The notes beneath the pieces were generated by a model that did no database searches, was not told where the DNA came from, and worked only from the letters and a program-made list of their open reading frames with translations. Shown in pieces: positions 44,788 through 53,543 of a stretch of 64,000 nucleotides of DNA. The stretch lies in IMG/VR virus record IMGVR_UViG_3300017971_000001, positions 181,277-245,276 of that record. One strand, 5' to 3'. Every line of letters starts with the position of its first letter. Position 1 is the first letter of the stretch. Made by a program: the position numbers and the translations under genes.

Positions 44788-46641
44788 GTGTATCTGATCC
44801 CTGTTCTCAATCCGCCGCCCAGCGCCATGCCCCTCGCTGGGACCAAGACGAAGCGCAAGCCCAAGCGGGCCGCGCCCAAGAAGACCAAGTCGGCCGGGAG
44901 GAAGTCCGTGGCTAAGAAGAAGGTTCGCAAGAACAGCAGCCGCAAGCGCACGAGCAGCTACTCCGGTGGCCGCGCTCAGCGCAAGCGCTACCCCAGCGGC
45001 AAGCGCCGCAACCTGACCTGGGTCGAGGCTGCGCGATCGTCTGGCGCGGTCTACACGCCGAACTCGCTCATGACCAAGAAGGACGGCCGCGGTCGGCTGA
45101 AGTTCGTCCCGGTCACGAGCGGCAAGGTCGGTAAGCCCATGTCGAAGCAGGACGCGCTCGCGGCCAAGCGCCCGGTCGTCGGCTTCCTACCCAAGTGGCT
45201 GATCGACTTCTGGTACGACTCGGGCGCTGCGGACATGAAGACCGCGCGTCAGCAGAAGAGCAAGAAGTACAAGGACGCGGTCCAGTACTTCAACGCGGCC
45301 CAGAAGGCGCTCGCCGAGCAGCGGAAGAAGCGCGGCACCAGCTGGAAGCGCGCGACCCAGTACAAGACCAAGGGCCGCGGCAAGAACAAGAAGAAGGTCC
45401 GGGTCCCGGACTTCGAGATCCTGGACGACGGCTCGGTCAAGTTCCGATCGGGCCGTGGTCCCAAGACGTCAATCACCCTGTTTCGAGGCTTTGCTCCGTC
45501 GGAGGTGCAACAGCGGCACCTCATTGAAGGCGGTTTCGCGGGCAAGGCTGGACCTGGAGGAGGTCGCGTGAAGCTGAACCGAAAGCGGAAGCGCCGGGCG
45601 AAGGTTCGCAAGAACCCGGCGCGTAAGAAGAAGGCCGTGAGCAAGAACAAGCCACGGCGTAGCAAGAAGAAGACGAAGAGTCGGAAGAAGAGCCGCCGTC
45701 GCGCGGTCCTGAACAACCGGCCCAAGTCCAAGCGTCGGAAGAAGGCGACGAAGCGCAAGGCCGCGCGCCGCAAGAGCACGAAGCGTCGGAAGAATCCTGC
45801 GCGCAGCCGCAAGCGGCGCGTGCGGAAGAACCCGGCTCGCAAGTCGCACTCGCGCAAGCGTCGTCGTCGCAAGAGCAGCGCTCTGAGCCGGGTTCGCCAG
45901 AACCCCATGGGCGCGACCAAGAAGAACCCCATGGGCGCGCTGAAGCAGTACCTCGACAAGCTGCAGACCGCTTCGCCCTACGTCACTGGCGCTCACCTCG
46001 TGATCGGCATGGGCGTCAGCGGGCTCTTCTGCGGCGGTCTCCGTCAGTTCCCCGTCGTCGGGCGGATCTTCAGCCTTCGTGGTCGTTACCTGGGCGCCGC
46101 CGGCCGTTTCGCCGGTTGCCTCGGCGCGGCTTCGCTGGCTGGCCTGACCGGAACCCTGCTCGAGCGCACCCTGGGCAAGAACGTCAAGTTCCTCCAGAAC
46201 GCTGGCGGCAACTTCTTCGTGGCTGGTGTCGCCCTCGCGGTCGGCAACCTCCTCCTCGAGCTCATTCCCGGCGCCTCGTCGATCCTGCCTGGGATCAGCA
46301 ACCCCCGCGGCATGCGCACCATGCGGCACATGTCCATGGCGGCTCCGGCCGGCGAAGAGGGCATGGGCAGCTACGGCAGCAGCGTCCTGAGTCCCGAGGA
46401 CCTGGTCGCTGGCGAGTCGAGTGCCCGTCTGACCAACGAGTTCCACGGCATGAGCGACTTCCTGGAGCTCAGCGGCATGGGCTCGTCGGGCGGTCAGCCG
46501 ATTCCGATCGAGGACCTGCGCGGCTACCCCGGCTGGTATGGCGGTGGCAACTCGATCTCGGGCATGGGCGACTACATGGAGCTCAACCCGACCGCTCCCC
46601 TCGTCACCGACGGGTTCAACCCCGGCACCGAGAACTTCTAG
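44788..46641 (+). CDS. Very basic NP-repeat protein with hydrophobic segment and C-terminal G(M)G motifs (core-precursor-like)
   Basis: Three RKNPAR, RQNPMG, KKNPMG; LSGMG and ISGMG near the C-terminus. Confidence 0.8.
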   Translation: MYLIPVLNPPPSAMPLAGTKTKRKPKRAAPKKTKSAGRKSVAKKKVRKNSSRKRTSSYSGGRAQRKRYPSGKRRNLTWVEAARSSGAVYTPNSLMTKKDGRGRLKFVPVTSGKVGKPMSKQDALAAKRPVVGFLPKWLIDFWYDSGAADMKTARQQKSKKYKDAVQYFNAAQKALAEQRKKRGTSWKRATQYKTKGRGKNKKKVRVPDFEILDDGSVKFRSGRGPKTSITLFRGFAPSEVQQRHLIEGGFAGKAGPGGGRVKLNRKRKRRAKVRKNPARKKKAVSKNKPRRSKKKTKSRKKSRRRAVLNNRPKSKRRKKATKRKAARRKSTKRRKNPARSRKRRVRKNPARKSHSRKRRRRKSSALSRVRQNPMGATKKNPMGALKQYLDKLQTASPYVTGAHLVIGMGVSGLFCGGLRQFPVVGRIFSLRGRYLGAAGRFAGCLGAASLAGLTGTLLERTLGKNVKFLQNAGGNFFVAGVALAVGNLLLELIPGASSILPGISNPRGMRTMRHMSMAAPAGEEGMGSYGSSVLSPEDLVAGESSARLTNEFHGMSDFLELSGMGSSGGQPIPIEDLRGYPGWYGGGNSISGMGDYMELNPTAPLVTDGFNPGTENF

Positions 46642-46657
46642 AGCTCTCGGCCCCAAC

Positions 46658-46690
46658 GACTCTGAGCGGGTTCGCTTTCCGCTCCGAGTC
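46658..46690 (+). promoter_or_regulatory. Stable hairpin in the leader upstream of the capsid gene
   Basis: GACTC-T-GAGCGG/CCGCTC-C-GAGTC. Confidence 0.45.
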
Positions 46691-46856
46691 GCGACTCCGG
46701 ACTTTGGCCAACATTCACGTCTGCTTGCTGTGTCATGAGGGCGCAGTGCTACTCGGCGGCAGTGCAGATTTGAGGCCAGGAATGAAGCGTCAGGATTGGC
46801 GCGCCTGGTAGCCAAGATTGGGTGACCTCGGGAGAGGCCCCACAGGAGTTTTTCGC

Positions 46857-47495
46857 ATGACCATGCGCGTTGTCCCCATTCCCGCGATCGGCGCCGTTGG
46901 CAGCCGCCCCCGCAAGGAGCCGATCTACGACACTGAGGGTTGGGCTCCGGCCGTCCCCCAGCCGTCCGAGATCGTCACCTTCGTCAACTTCTCGGGCTTC
47001 AACACTGGTGGCCTGTCGCTGCAGAAGTCCTTCGGCCGCGACACCAATCTGCAGGGTCAGAATGGTCTGCCCGCTGCACACCACCACTACTGGTATGGCC
47101 TGCGTGTCAAGATCCGCTCGCTCGACGCGGACCTCGGCACGGCCGCCAACGTCGTGGTGTTCGAGGAGATCAACCGGATCCGTGAGCTCGGCTTCACCCA
47201 GTTCCGGTTCGCCAGCAGCGAACTGATCACCGTGCAGGCGGACGAGGCCCCCAGCGGCACCGGCCCCGCCTACGCGAACACGACCCACTCGGCCGCGACG
47301 ATCCTGTCGCTCCCGAGCGGCGTGCCCACCCGCGGAAACGCGAAGGACGTCACGATCAGCGGCCGCCCGGTCGAGATCGTGGCCCTCGAGGCCTTCCGTG
47401 TCGTCTACGGCACCCCCACCGGGATCACCCCGACCGTGTCGCTGTACTGCAGCGTGATCCTCGAGGGTCTGCTGCTGCGCGGAATCACCGGCTAG
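46857..47495 (+). CDS. Single jelly-roll-like capsid protein (candidate major capsid protein)
   Basis: AGGAG RBS, ATG 46857; PIYDT..RDTNLQGQNGLP..YGLRV..LEGLLLR beta-rich pattern; strong terminator after it suggests high expression. Confidence 0.62.
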   Translation: MTMRVVPIPAIGAVGSRPRKEPIYDTEGWAPAVPQPSEIVTFVNFSGFNTGGLSLQKSFGRDTNLQGQNGLPAAHHHYWYGLRVKIRSLDADLGTAANVVVFEEINRIRELGFTQFRFASSELITVQADEAPSGTGPAYANTTHSAATILSLPSGVPTRGNAKDVTISGRPVEIVALEAFRVVYGTPTGITPTVSLYCSVILEGLLLRGITG

Positions 47496-47532
47496 AAGGT
47501 CTCCTTCTAAAGTCGTGCCATTAAACGGCTTG

Positions 47533-47563
47533 AACAGCCGGCCCGGTAACGGGCCGGCTGTTT
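47533..47563. terminator. Perfect inverted repeat, likely bidirectional terminator
   Basis: AACAGCCGGCCCG-GTAA-CGGGCCGGCTGTT. Confidence 0.85.
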
Positions 47564-47570
47564 CCATTTT

Positions 47571-49205
47571 ATGAAAGGTCTTCTTCTTCGAGTGACGATA
47601 GGCTCGATCCCTAGAAGGAGGCTCTGCATGAAGTGGAGAGGTCAGACTTTTGAGGGTGAGTCTTTCTACCTTCTTGGCTTGATAGCTGCGGACGGATACG
47701 TGGCGAAAGAAGGGGGAAGCAACCAAAGCAAGGTGTCGATCAACTGCGGCAATTCCGCCGGAGATCAAAAGTTCGCAAAGTATGTCGCCCGCTTGATTGA
47801 TTCAACGTGGGGGCAGAGATTCGGATTTTCATGCACGCTTCGCCATGTGGATCGGAGGCCGCCTCGCGTTCCTTACTGGGAGCCCCATTGCTGCTCCAGG
47901 TCCTTGGCAGGCGCCATTAGGAAATTTTGCGAAGGTCGAATCGGAACGTATTCCTGGCGAATCCCGCCCGCCCTCTTGAGGAGTCCTGGGCCTGAGCTTT
48001 TGTCTTGGATCCAGGGCTTCGCGGACGGAGACGGGACCGTATCCGTCAAGCCGCCCAAGAGGGAGGTGAGAATTTCAAGTGTGAACCGAGAGGGGATTGA
48101 AGATATCAGGCGCGCCCTGTCTCACTTTTCAATCAGCGCGAAAGTTTACGAGCACGATCGCGAGATCGAAAACTGGGAGCCCTCTATAAACATAGTCATT
48201 TGCGACCGCCGCTCGCTTGAGATCTACGCTCAGAAAATCGGATTCCGCCAACCCGACAAGAAGCGCAAGCTCGCCGAGGCGCTTGCGTCCTACAAGCGCG
48301 ATCATGCCAACCTACTTCGACATGAGGTCGAAGATCTGCTGCCCGAAGTGATCCGCAGGCGAGCATGCGGCGAGTCCTTCGCTGAGATCCAGGAGGCGCT
48401 CGAGCTCGCAACCGTCGAAGTTCCTAAGGGCATGCTCAAGCGCGCCGTTCGCTCTGCCAGGGGCAAGTGTGTCGTCTGCCTCAAGTCCCCTGCCACGCAC
48501 TCGATCCCCCGCGTGGTCCGAGGGCGGAGCGGCAAGTATGCCTGCGATCCGTGCCTGATCGAGCTCGAGCCCAAGGAGGAATGGGGCGAGGAGTTCGTCC
48601 AGCTGAAACTTCGAGAGGTTGCAGATTTCCTCGACGAGAACCATTACCTCGGGCGCCGCTCGAGCCGGAACGCGTTCGCGCTGCGGAACAAGCACGGCGT
48701 GCTCGTATTCTCCCGCAAGCCTCAGGCGAGCTCGCTCCCCCGTGACTGGCTCGAGCTCTCGCGCTGGTGCATTGTCTCGGACGACATGAACGCGGGGACG
48801 AAGCAGTGGTCTCGCGCCAAAGCTTGGCTTCGCGAGAACACCGAAGCGACGACCGTCGTCACCTACTCCGATCCGTCCCGGCACGACGGATCGCTGTATC
48901 GAGCGGCAGGGTTCCTTTGGGCTCCTTCTTCTCAGTTCCTGCTCAAGAACTTGTCGCTCACTGGGGAGCGTCACCCGGGCAAGCCTTACGTGGACAAGAA
49001 CCGCTGGGTCTACCCGCTTCGACCCGACGCCCGGCGCGCCGAGGCGCTGACGGTCCGTCACCCTTGGCTTTACAACAGCGACGAGCTCAAGTTCCTCTGC
49101 GACTGGCCGGAGCCGAAGTGGCGCGGTCGCGGCACTCGCTTCTCCGGCGGCGGCAAGGACTACCAGCGCTGGAAGGAGCTTCTCCAGGAGCGATCGAACT
49201 CCTAG
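47571..49205 (+). CDS. LAGLIDADG endonuclease-like domain fused to a Mom-like (GNAT-fold) DNA-modification domain
   Basis: YLLGLIAADG and WIQGFADGDG; CVVC..CDPC; FLDENHYL..LELSRWC..VVTYSDP..HDGSLYRAAGF; start may be ATG 47628. Confidence 0.72.
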   Translation: MKGLLLRVTIGSIPRRRLCMKWRGQTFEGESFYLLGLIAADGYVAKEGGSNQSKVSINCGNSAGDQKFAKYVARLIDSTWGQRFGFSCTLRHVDRRPPRVPYWEPHCCSRSLAGAIRKFCEGRIGTYSWRIPPALLRSPGPELLSWIQGFADGDGTVSVKPPKREVRISSVNREGIEDIRRALSHFSISAKVYEHDREIENWEPSINIVICDRRSLEIYAQKIGFRQPDKKRKLAEALASYKRDHANLLRHEVEDLLPEVIRRRACGESFAEIQEALELATVEVPKGMLKRAVRSARGKCVVCLKSPATHSIPRVVRGRSGKYACDPCLIELEPKEEWGEEFVQLKLREVADFLDENHYLGRRSSRNAFALRNKHGVLVFSRKPQASSLPRDWLELSRWCIVSDDMNAGTKQWSRAKAWLRENTEATTVVTYSDPSRHDGSLYRAAGFLWAPSSQFLLKNLSLTGERHPGKPYVDKNRWVYPLRPDARRAEALTVRHPWLYNSDELKFLCDWPEPKWRGRGTRFSGGGKDYQRWKELLQERSNS

Positions 49206-49383
49206 CAAACGCTCCCAACAAAGCAAACGCGCACTTGGAACTCGGTGGCAGGGCCAGGCAGGTCGTTTAGCCTCGAGATAGAGAACGTCTGCACCCGCAG
49301 GCAGACCGACAACTTCTCTTCTCTGGCGGGGCTCGTCGGTCCGCGGCGGGCCGGCGAGCGCCGCCGATTCCAAGGAGCACTCC

Positions 49384-50826
49384 ATGCCCGCTCACACGTC
49401 CACGGTCAGCCAGGGCTGGGGAGCCACGCACACCTGCGCCTACTGCCATGGCTTCGGCAGCATTCCGCCCCTGATTCGCGGCAGCGACGGGCGAATGCAT
49501 ATCAATCCCGACTACGAAATGGTGAAGCGGTTCCACCTCGCCGCTGAGCCGTTCGGGGAGACGCTCGGACCTGGCGAGTCGCGCACGTTCACGTTCACGG
49601 TTCCCGCCGAGGAGGAAGGTCTGGGCGACCTGCTGGTCAACGAGTTCTTCGCGCTCTACGAGCCCGAGGGGATCCGCAACGTCTTCGTCGACTTCCTCAA
49701 CCTGCAGACCGATCGCCTGTTCCAGAACGCGCCCGTCCCCACGACGCTGATCATGGGCAACGCGCACCTCAACACCTGCCTGCCCTGCTGTTTCCTGATC
49801 CAGGCGACCAACAGCCTGCAGGTTCGCGTGCGCAACGAAGAGTCGACCGACATTCAGGTTCGTCTCGTCGCCCGCGGCAAGCGCTTCCTGACTCGCGACC
49901 ACGAACTCCGCGCGCGCATGCTCCAGTACTGGAACATGCTCCCCAGCTACAGCTACTTCCTCACACTCGACGAAGAGGAGGTTGTGGTCCCTGCCGGAGA
50001 GACCGTCAGCGCGACCATGAAGGTTCCTGGCCACGGAGACTTCGAAGTCAAGTGGCCGCGCTGTGAAGTGCTGAACGCGGCGACGGGCGCGCAGGAGAAC
50101 GCCAACGGCATTCTGGTCACCGTCGCCGAAGGGATCGGTCGTCAGTGGCAGAGTGATCCGCTCCCGCTCGGCGCGTTCGTCGCGACACCGACGCTCGACG
50201 TGGCCGGGTTCCCGGGCGGGATCTACCGCGCTGCCAGCGCTGGCCACTGCCCCAGCTACACCCAGCTGTTCAAGCGAAACACGTTCGTCCGTCACACGTT
50301 CGAGAACACGAGCGGCACCGACCTGATCGTTCGTCTGACCTACGCTGGCTGCTTCCACCAGGTCGACGAGTGCCCGCCCGGACGCTCGATCGATCGGATC
50401 CGCAGTCTCGAGCCGACGATCGGTCCCATGCTGATCCCGCAGGGCGACTACTGCGCCCCGCAGCAGCAGTACTACCCCGAGGAGCCCTTCTACAACGAAG
50501 AGCCGATCTATCAGTCCCCTCAGGCTTCGGGCGGAATGCAGCCGCCTGCTCAGCAGCCGGGCGGGAGCGCGATCTTCACGACGGTCCCTGGCGGAGCGGG
50601 CTCGGTCCAGGCTGGCGGCCCCAGTAGCTACGTCCCCAAGTACTACGAGGCCGGCGGCGGCGGCATGGCCGTCCCTAAGGCTGAGATCGCCAAGGCGCAC
50701 GGCCTCAAGCCCGGCCAGGTTTACGCTCCCGGCTTCCGCGGAATGCAGGGCATGGGCGCTGGCCCTGTGATCCGCCGCGGGCCCTACGTCTGGGATCCGA
50801 TCGCTCGGACCTGGAAGCGAGGCTAG
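49384..50826 (+). CDS. Double jelly-roll-like capsid protein, paralog 1
   Basis: Two similar beta-rich halves each ending ..L..(R/A)G(K/C)(R/F); NAPVP..IMGN..LP..LQVRVRN; C-terminal MQGMG. Confidence 0.7.
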   Translation: MPAHTSTVSQGWGATHTCAYCHGFGSIPPLIRGSDGRMHINPDYEMVKRFHLAAEPFGETLGPGESRTFTFTVPAEEEGLGDLLVNEFFALYEPEGIRNVFVDFLNLQTDRLFQNAPVPTTLIMGNAHLNTCLPCCFLIQATNSLQVRVRNEESTDIQVRLVARGKRFLTRDHELRARMLQYWNMLPSYSYFLTLDEEEVVVPAGETVSATMKVPGHGDFEVKWPRCEVLNAATGAQENANGILVTVAEGIGRQWQSDPLPLGAFVATPTLDVAGFPGGIYRAASAGHCPSYTQLFKRNTFVRHTFENTSGTDLIVRLTYAGCFHQVDECPPGRSIDRIRSLEPTIGPMLIPQGDYCAPQQQYYPEEPFYNEEPIYQSPQASGGMQPPAQQPGGSAIFTTVPGGAGSVQAGGPSSYVPKYYEAGGGGMAVPKAEIAKAHGLKPGQVYAPGFRGMQGMGAGPVIRRGPYVWDPIARTWKRG

Positions 50827-50829
50827 TCC

Positions 50830-52326
50830 ATGACGTTTCCAGTCGAACCGCCGGTGATCCTCGAGTACGGCATGGGGGACTGCCGGACGTTCATGAACAT
50901 TCCGCCCCTCGTCCATTGGGACGACGGGTCGACGTGTATCAACCCTGACTTCGACGCGGTGACCAAGTTCCACCTCGCCGCCAAGGGGATCGAGTTCGCG
51001 GACCGGAGTCTCGTGACTAACGTCACGATCAACCCCGGCGAGACGGTCGACTTTCAGCTGACCGTCGAGCGTGAGGAGAACGGCCTCGGGCACCTTCTGA
51101 TCAACGAGCTCCTGATTCTGACGAACCCTGAGGGCGCGACAGACCTGACGGTTCAGATCAAGTCGATCCAGGGCGACAGCACCTACATGAACGGGCCGAC
51201 GCCGATCACGCACGTGTTCGGCAACGCGCACCTCAACTGCTGCCTGCCCTGCCCGATCATGCTGTATCCGAATCAGACCTTGATCCTCAAGGTGACCAAC
51301 AATGAGGCCTTCTCGGTCTCGACTCGGATCACGGCCCGCGGCAAGCGGTTCATGCCCTACCACAACATGAGCCTGATCTCCGAGCTCGAGCGCTGCTGGT
51401 CCATGAACCCGAGCTCGCCCTACTTCGCGAGCTTCGACCAGGGCCCGATCACGGTTCCTGCCAATGGAACCGCGCAGGGGCAGATTACGATCCCCGGGGG
51501 CGGCTGGTTCCAGATCGAGTACATCCGCAGCACGCTCGGCTCAAGCGACTTGATCGTTGACGTGACCGAGGGTCGGATCGGCAAGCGCTACATGAACCGC
51601 CCGGTCCGACTGGGCCTCTATGCCACCGAGGACCTGCAGATCACTGGATTCCCGGGCAACCTGTACCGCGCAGCCTCGGCCTGCCACTGCCCGCCGGTCC
51701 AGCAGTTGGTTCGCGGAAACATTCGCATGATCCACGACTTCACCAACCCGACCGGCGCTCCGATCACGGTGAACCTCACCTATGTCGGCTGCTTCCACAA
51801 GGGGGTTGATATCTGCCCGCCGCAGAAGGACCTCGACCGCGTTCGCCGGCACCAGCACATGATCGACTGCTGCGGAGGCGAGCTCTTCCTGGACCTCGCA
51901 GACGAGGAGCCGTGCCCGCCCGCCTCTGTGCCCGCGTTCACTTCGGAGTATCTGAAGTTTGCGGAGGACGGCGAGACCCCCTTCCCACGTCCGCTTGAGC
52001 AGAACATGCCTGCGCCTGAGCCCGTGCCTCAGGTCAAGCAACTGTGGCAACCGGGGGACCACGGCGCGCCGATCTCGCCCATGCAGCTTCCGCCCGATCA
52101 GGCGTACGCGATCAACCATGCTGGCCGCCTCGCGGTCGTGCAGATCGATTCGCAGCGCCGCCCGATTCGCTACGTGCGTCCGGAAGAGCTCCCTATGGGC
52201 ATGGACGCCTCCTACTCCATGTATCGTGCCAACTTTGGGGATCAGGACCCTGAGTTCCGCAAGTGGCTCGCCTCCCAGGGGGGTGGGGTCAGCGGACTGG
52301 GTCAAGGTGAATGGGAGGCACTCTAG
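50830..52326 (+). CDS. Double jelly-roll-like capsid protein, paralog 2
   Basis: Colinear with 49384 (INPD..KFHLAA, GNAHLN.CLPC, RGKRF, Y.GCFH); C-terminal VSGLG. Confidence 0.7.
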   Translation: MTFPVEPPVILEYGMGDCRTFMNIPPLVHWDDGSTCINPDFDAVTKFHLAAKGIEFADRSLVTNVTINPGETVDFQLTVEREENGLGHLLINELLILTNPEGATDLTVQIKSIQGDSTYMNGPTPITHVFGNAHLNCCLPCPIMLYPNQTLILKVTNNEAFSVSTRITARGKRFMPYHNMSLISELERCWSMNPSSPYFASFDQGPITVPANGTAQGQITIPGGGWFQIEYIRSTLGSSDLIVDVTEGRIGKRYMNRPVRLGLYATEDLQITGFPGNLYRAASACHCPPVQQLVRGNIRMIHDFTNPTGAPITVNLTYVGCFHKGVDICPPQKDLDRVRRHQHMIDCCGGELFLDLADEEPCPPASVPAFTSEYLKFAEDGETPFPRPLEQNMPAPEPVPQVKQLWQPGDHGAPISPMQLPPDQAYAINHAGRLAVVQIDSQRRPIRYVRPEELPMGMDASYSMYRANFGDQDPEFRKWLASQGGGVSGLGQGEWEAL

Positions 52327-53117
52327 TGGCCAGCAACATGCCCGGTTCGGGCGACCCTTTCTCGCGTGCCTACGCGGGCAAGGGCGGAGGCGGGGCTCGC
52401 AAGAAGTCCACCCCAAAGAAGAAGCCTGCTAAGAAGTCGGGCATGGGCAGCATGAACGACCCTTACGCGGGATACGTTCCTGGCATGGAGACGTGCCCGC
52501 CCCTGCCGACCCAGGCGCTTGAGGAGTGCCTGCGGTCCGCGGTCGATCTGCTGGAAGACACGCTCCAGATTTCGGATCTCGCGCCGTGGATCCACCCGCC
52601 CTACCGCTCGGCCTACTACTGCAAGGACGTGCGCGCCGTGGTCAGCACGACAGCTGGCGTCAACGCGGTGACGAACGCCTCCGGGATCGCGCTCGCGGCC
52701 GCGAACTCGACCTTTGTGGCGCTCACTCCGCTCGAAATGGAGAGCGCGGCCAAGCCGGTCACGATCTTCACGCTCAAGACGCCGACGAGCTCGGCGATCC
52801 GCGTCGCTTCCTGGGGAATCGCCAACCTGACAGGTCCGCCCGAGCAGGTCGAGATCCGGGTCAAGGCGGCCACGACCTACGGAACTCCCGGCCCGCCGAA
52901 TCCTGGGATCAGCGGGGCGCAGGTCAGCGACCACCAGCCGACCTTCTTCCTCATGCAGGGAGGTCAGGACCTAGAAGTTCAAGTGCGACTGCGCGACGTG
53001 ACCCAGGGCCCAGCGCTCCTCCGGTTCGGGATCTGCTACTGGGAGTATCCGATCTCCAAGCGCACGGACTCTCGCGACAAGACGCGCCTGCGCAGCGGCT
53101 ACGGAACGGGGTGCTAA
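52326..53117 (+). CDS. Penton/vertex-like jelly-roll protein
   Basis: Beta-strand pattern TIFTLKTP..IRVASWG..QPTFFL..LEVQV..ICYWEYP; follows the capsid genes. Confidence 0.5.
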   Translation: MASNMPGSGDPFSRAYAGKGGGGARKKSTPKKKPAKKSGMGSMNDPYAGYVPGMETCPPLPTQALEECLRSAVDLLEDTLQISDLAPWIHPPYRSAYYCKDVRAVVSTTAGVNAVTNASGIALAAANSTFVALTPLEMESAAKPVTIFTLKTPTSSAIRVASWGIANLTGPPEQVEIRVKAATTYGTPGPPNPGISGAQVSDHQPTFFLMQGGQDLEVQVRLRDVTQGPALLRFGICYWEYPISKRTDSRDKTRLRSGYGTGC

Positions 53118-53492
53118 GTGAGCTTCCTCAACAGCAAGGAAGTCGTCCCGATCTTTCTGGACGACCGAACCGGCGGATCCGGTCTTACCCCCGGCGAGAC
53201 GGTGACGACCGAGCTCTTTCTGGGGGGTATCCAGAACGGGCGGATCCAAGGCGACTTCTCTTCAAGTTCGCCCGGCGTCTTGACGATCGAGGCCGCGCCC
53301 GCGTTTCCGCTCGCGGCTTTCGGCAGTCCGGACAACCTGACCTACACGATCCCGCTGGACCCGGACCAGCCTAACTACCACTACGACTTCACGATCATTA
53401 TCGTGCTGCCGGCGATTCGGATCACGTTCCAAGATTCGGGTGCCGGAAGCACGTACTTCAGGGCCCGTGTAGCGGCTCTGCCACTTGGGTAG
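53118..53492 (+). CDS. Small beta-rich structural protein
   Basis: Directly abuts the previous gene; IRITF..FRARV. Confidence 0.6.
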   Translation: MSFLNSKEVVPIFLDDRTGGSGLTPGETVTTELFLGGIQNGRIQGDFSSSSPGVLTIEAAPAFPLAAFGSPDNLTYTIPLDPDQPNYHYDFTIIIVLPAIRITFQDSGAGSTYFRARVAALPLG

Positions 53493-53543
53493 TCGCTGCC
53501 AGAAGCAGCAACAGGAGGGGCTTCGGCCCGACAGGAGTTTGAC

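Noticed and set aside
47571-49205. Intein or group I intron hosting the LAGLIDADG domain
   Set aside because: No Cys/Ser start or His-Asn end splice motifs, and the flanking genes are complete
49267-51363. 698 aa minus-strand ORF (similarly 32083, 54678 and 60707)
   Set aside because: Antisense to well-supported structural or enzyme genes
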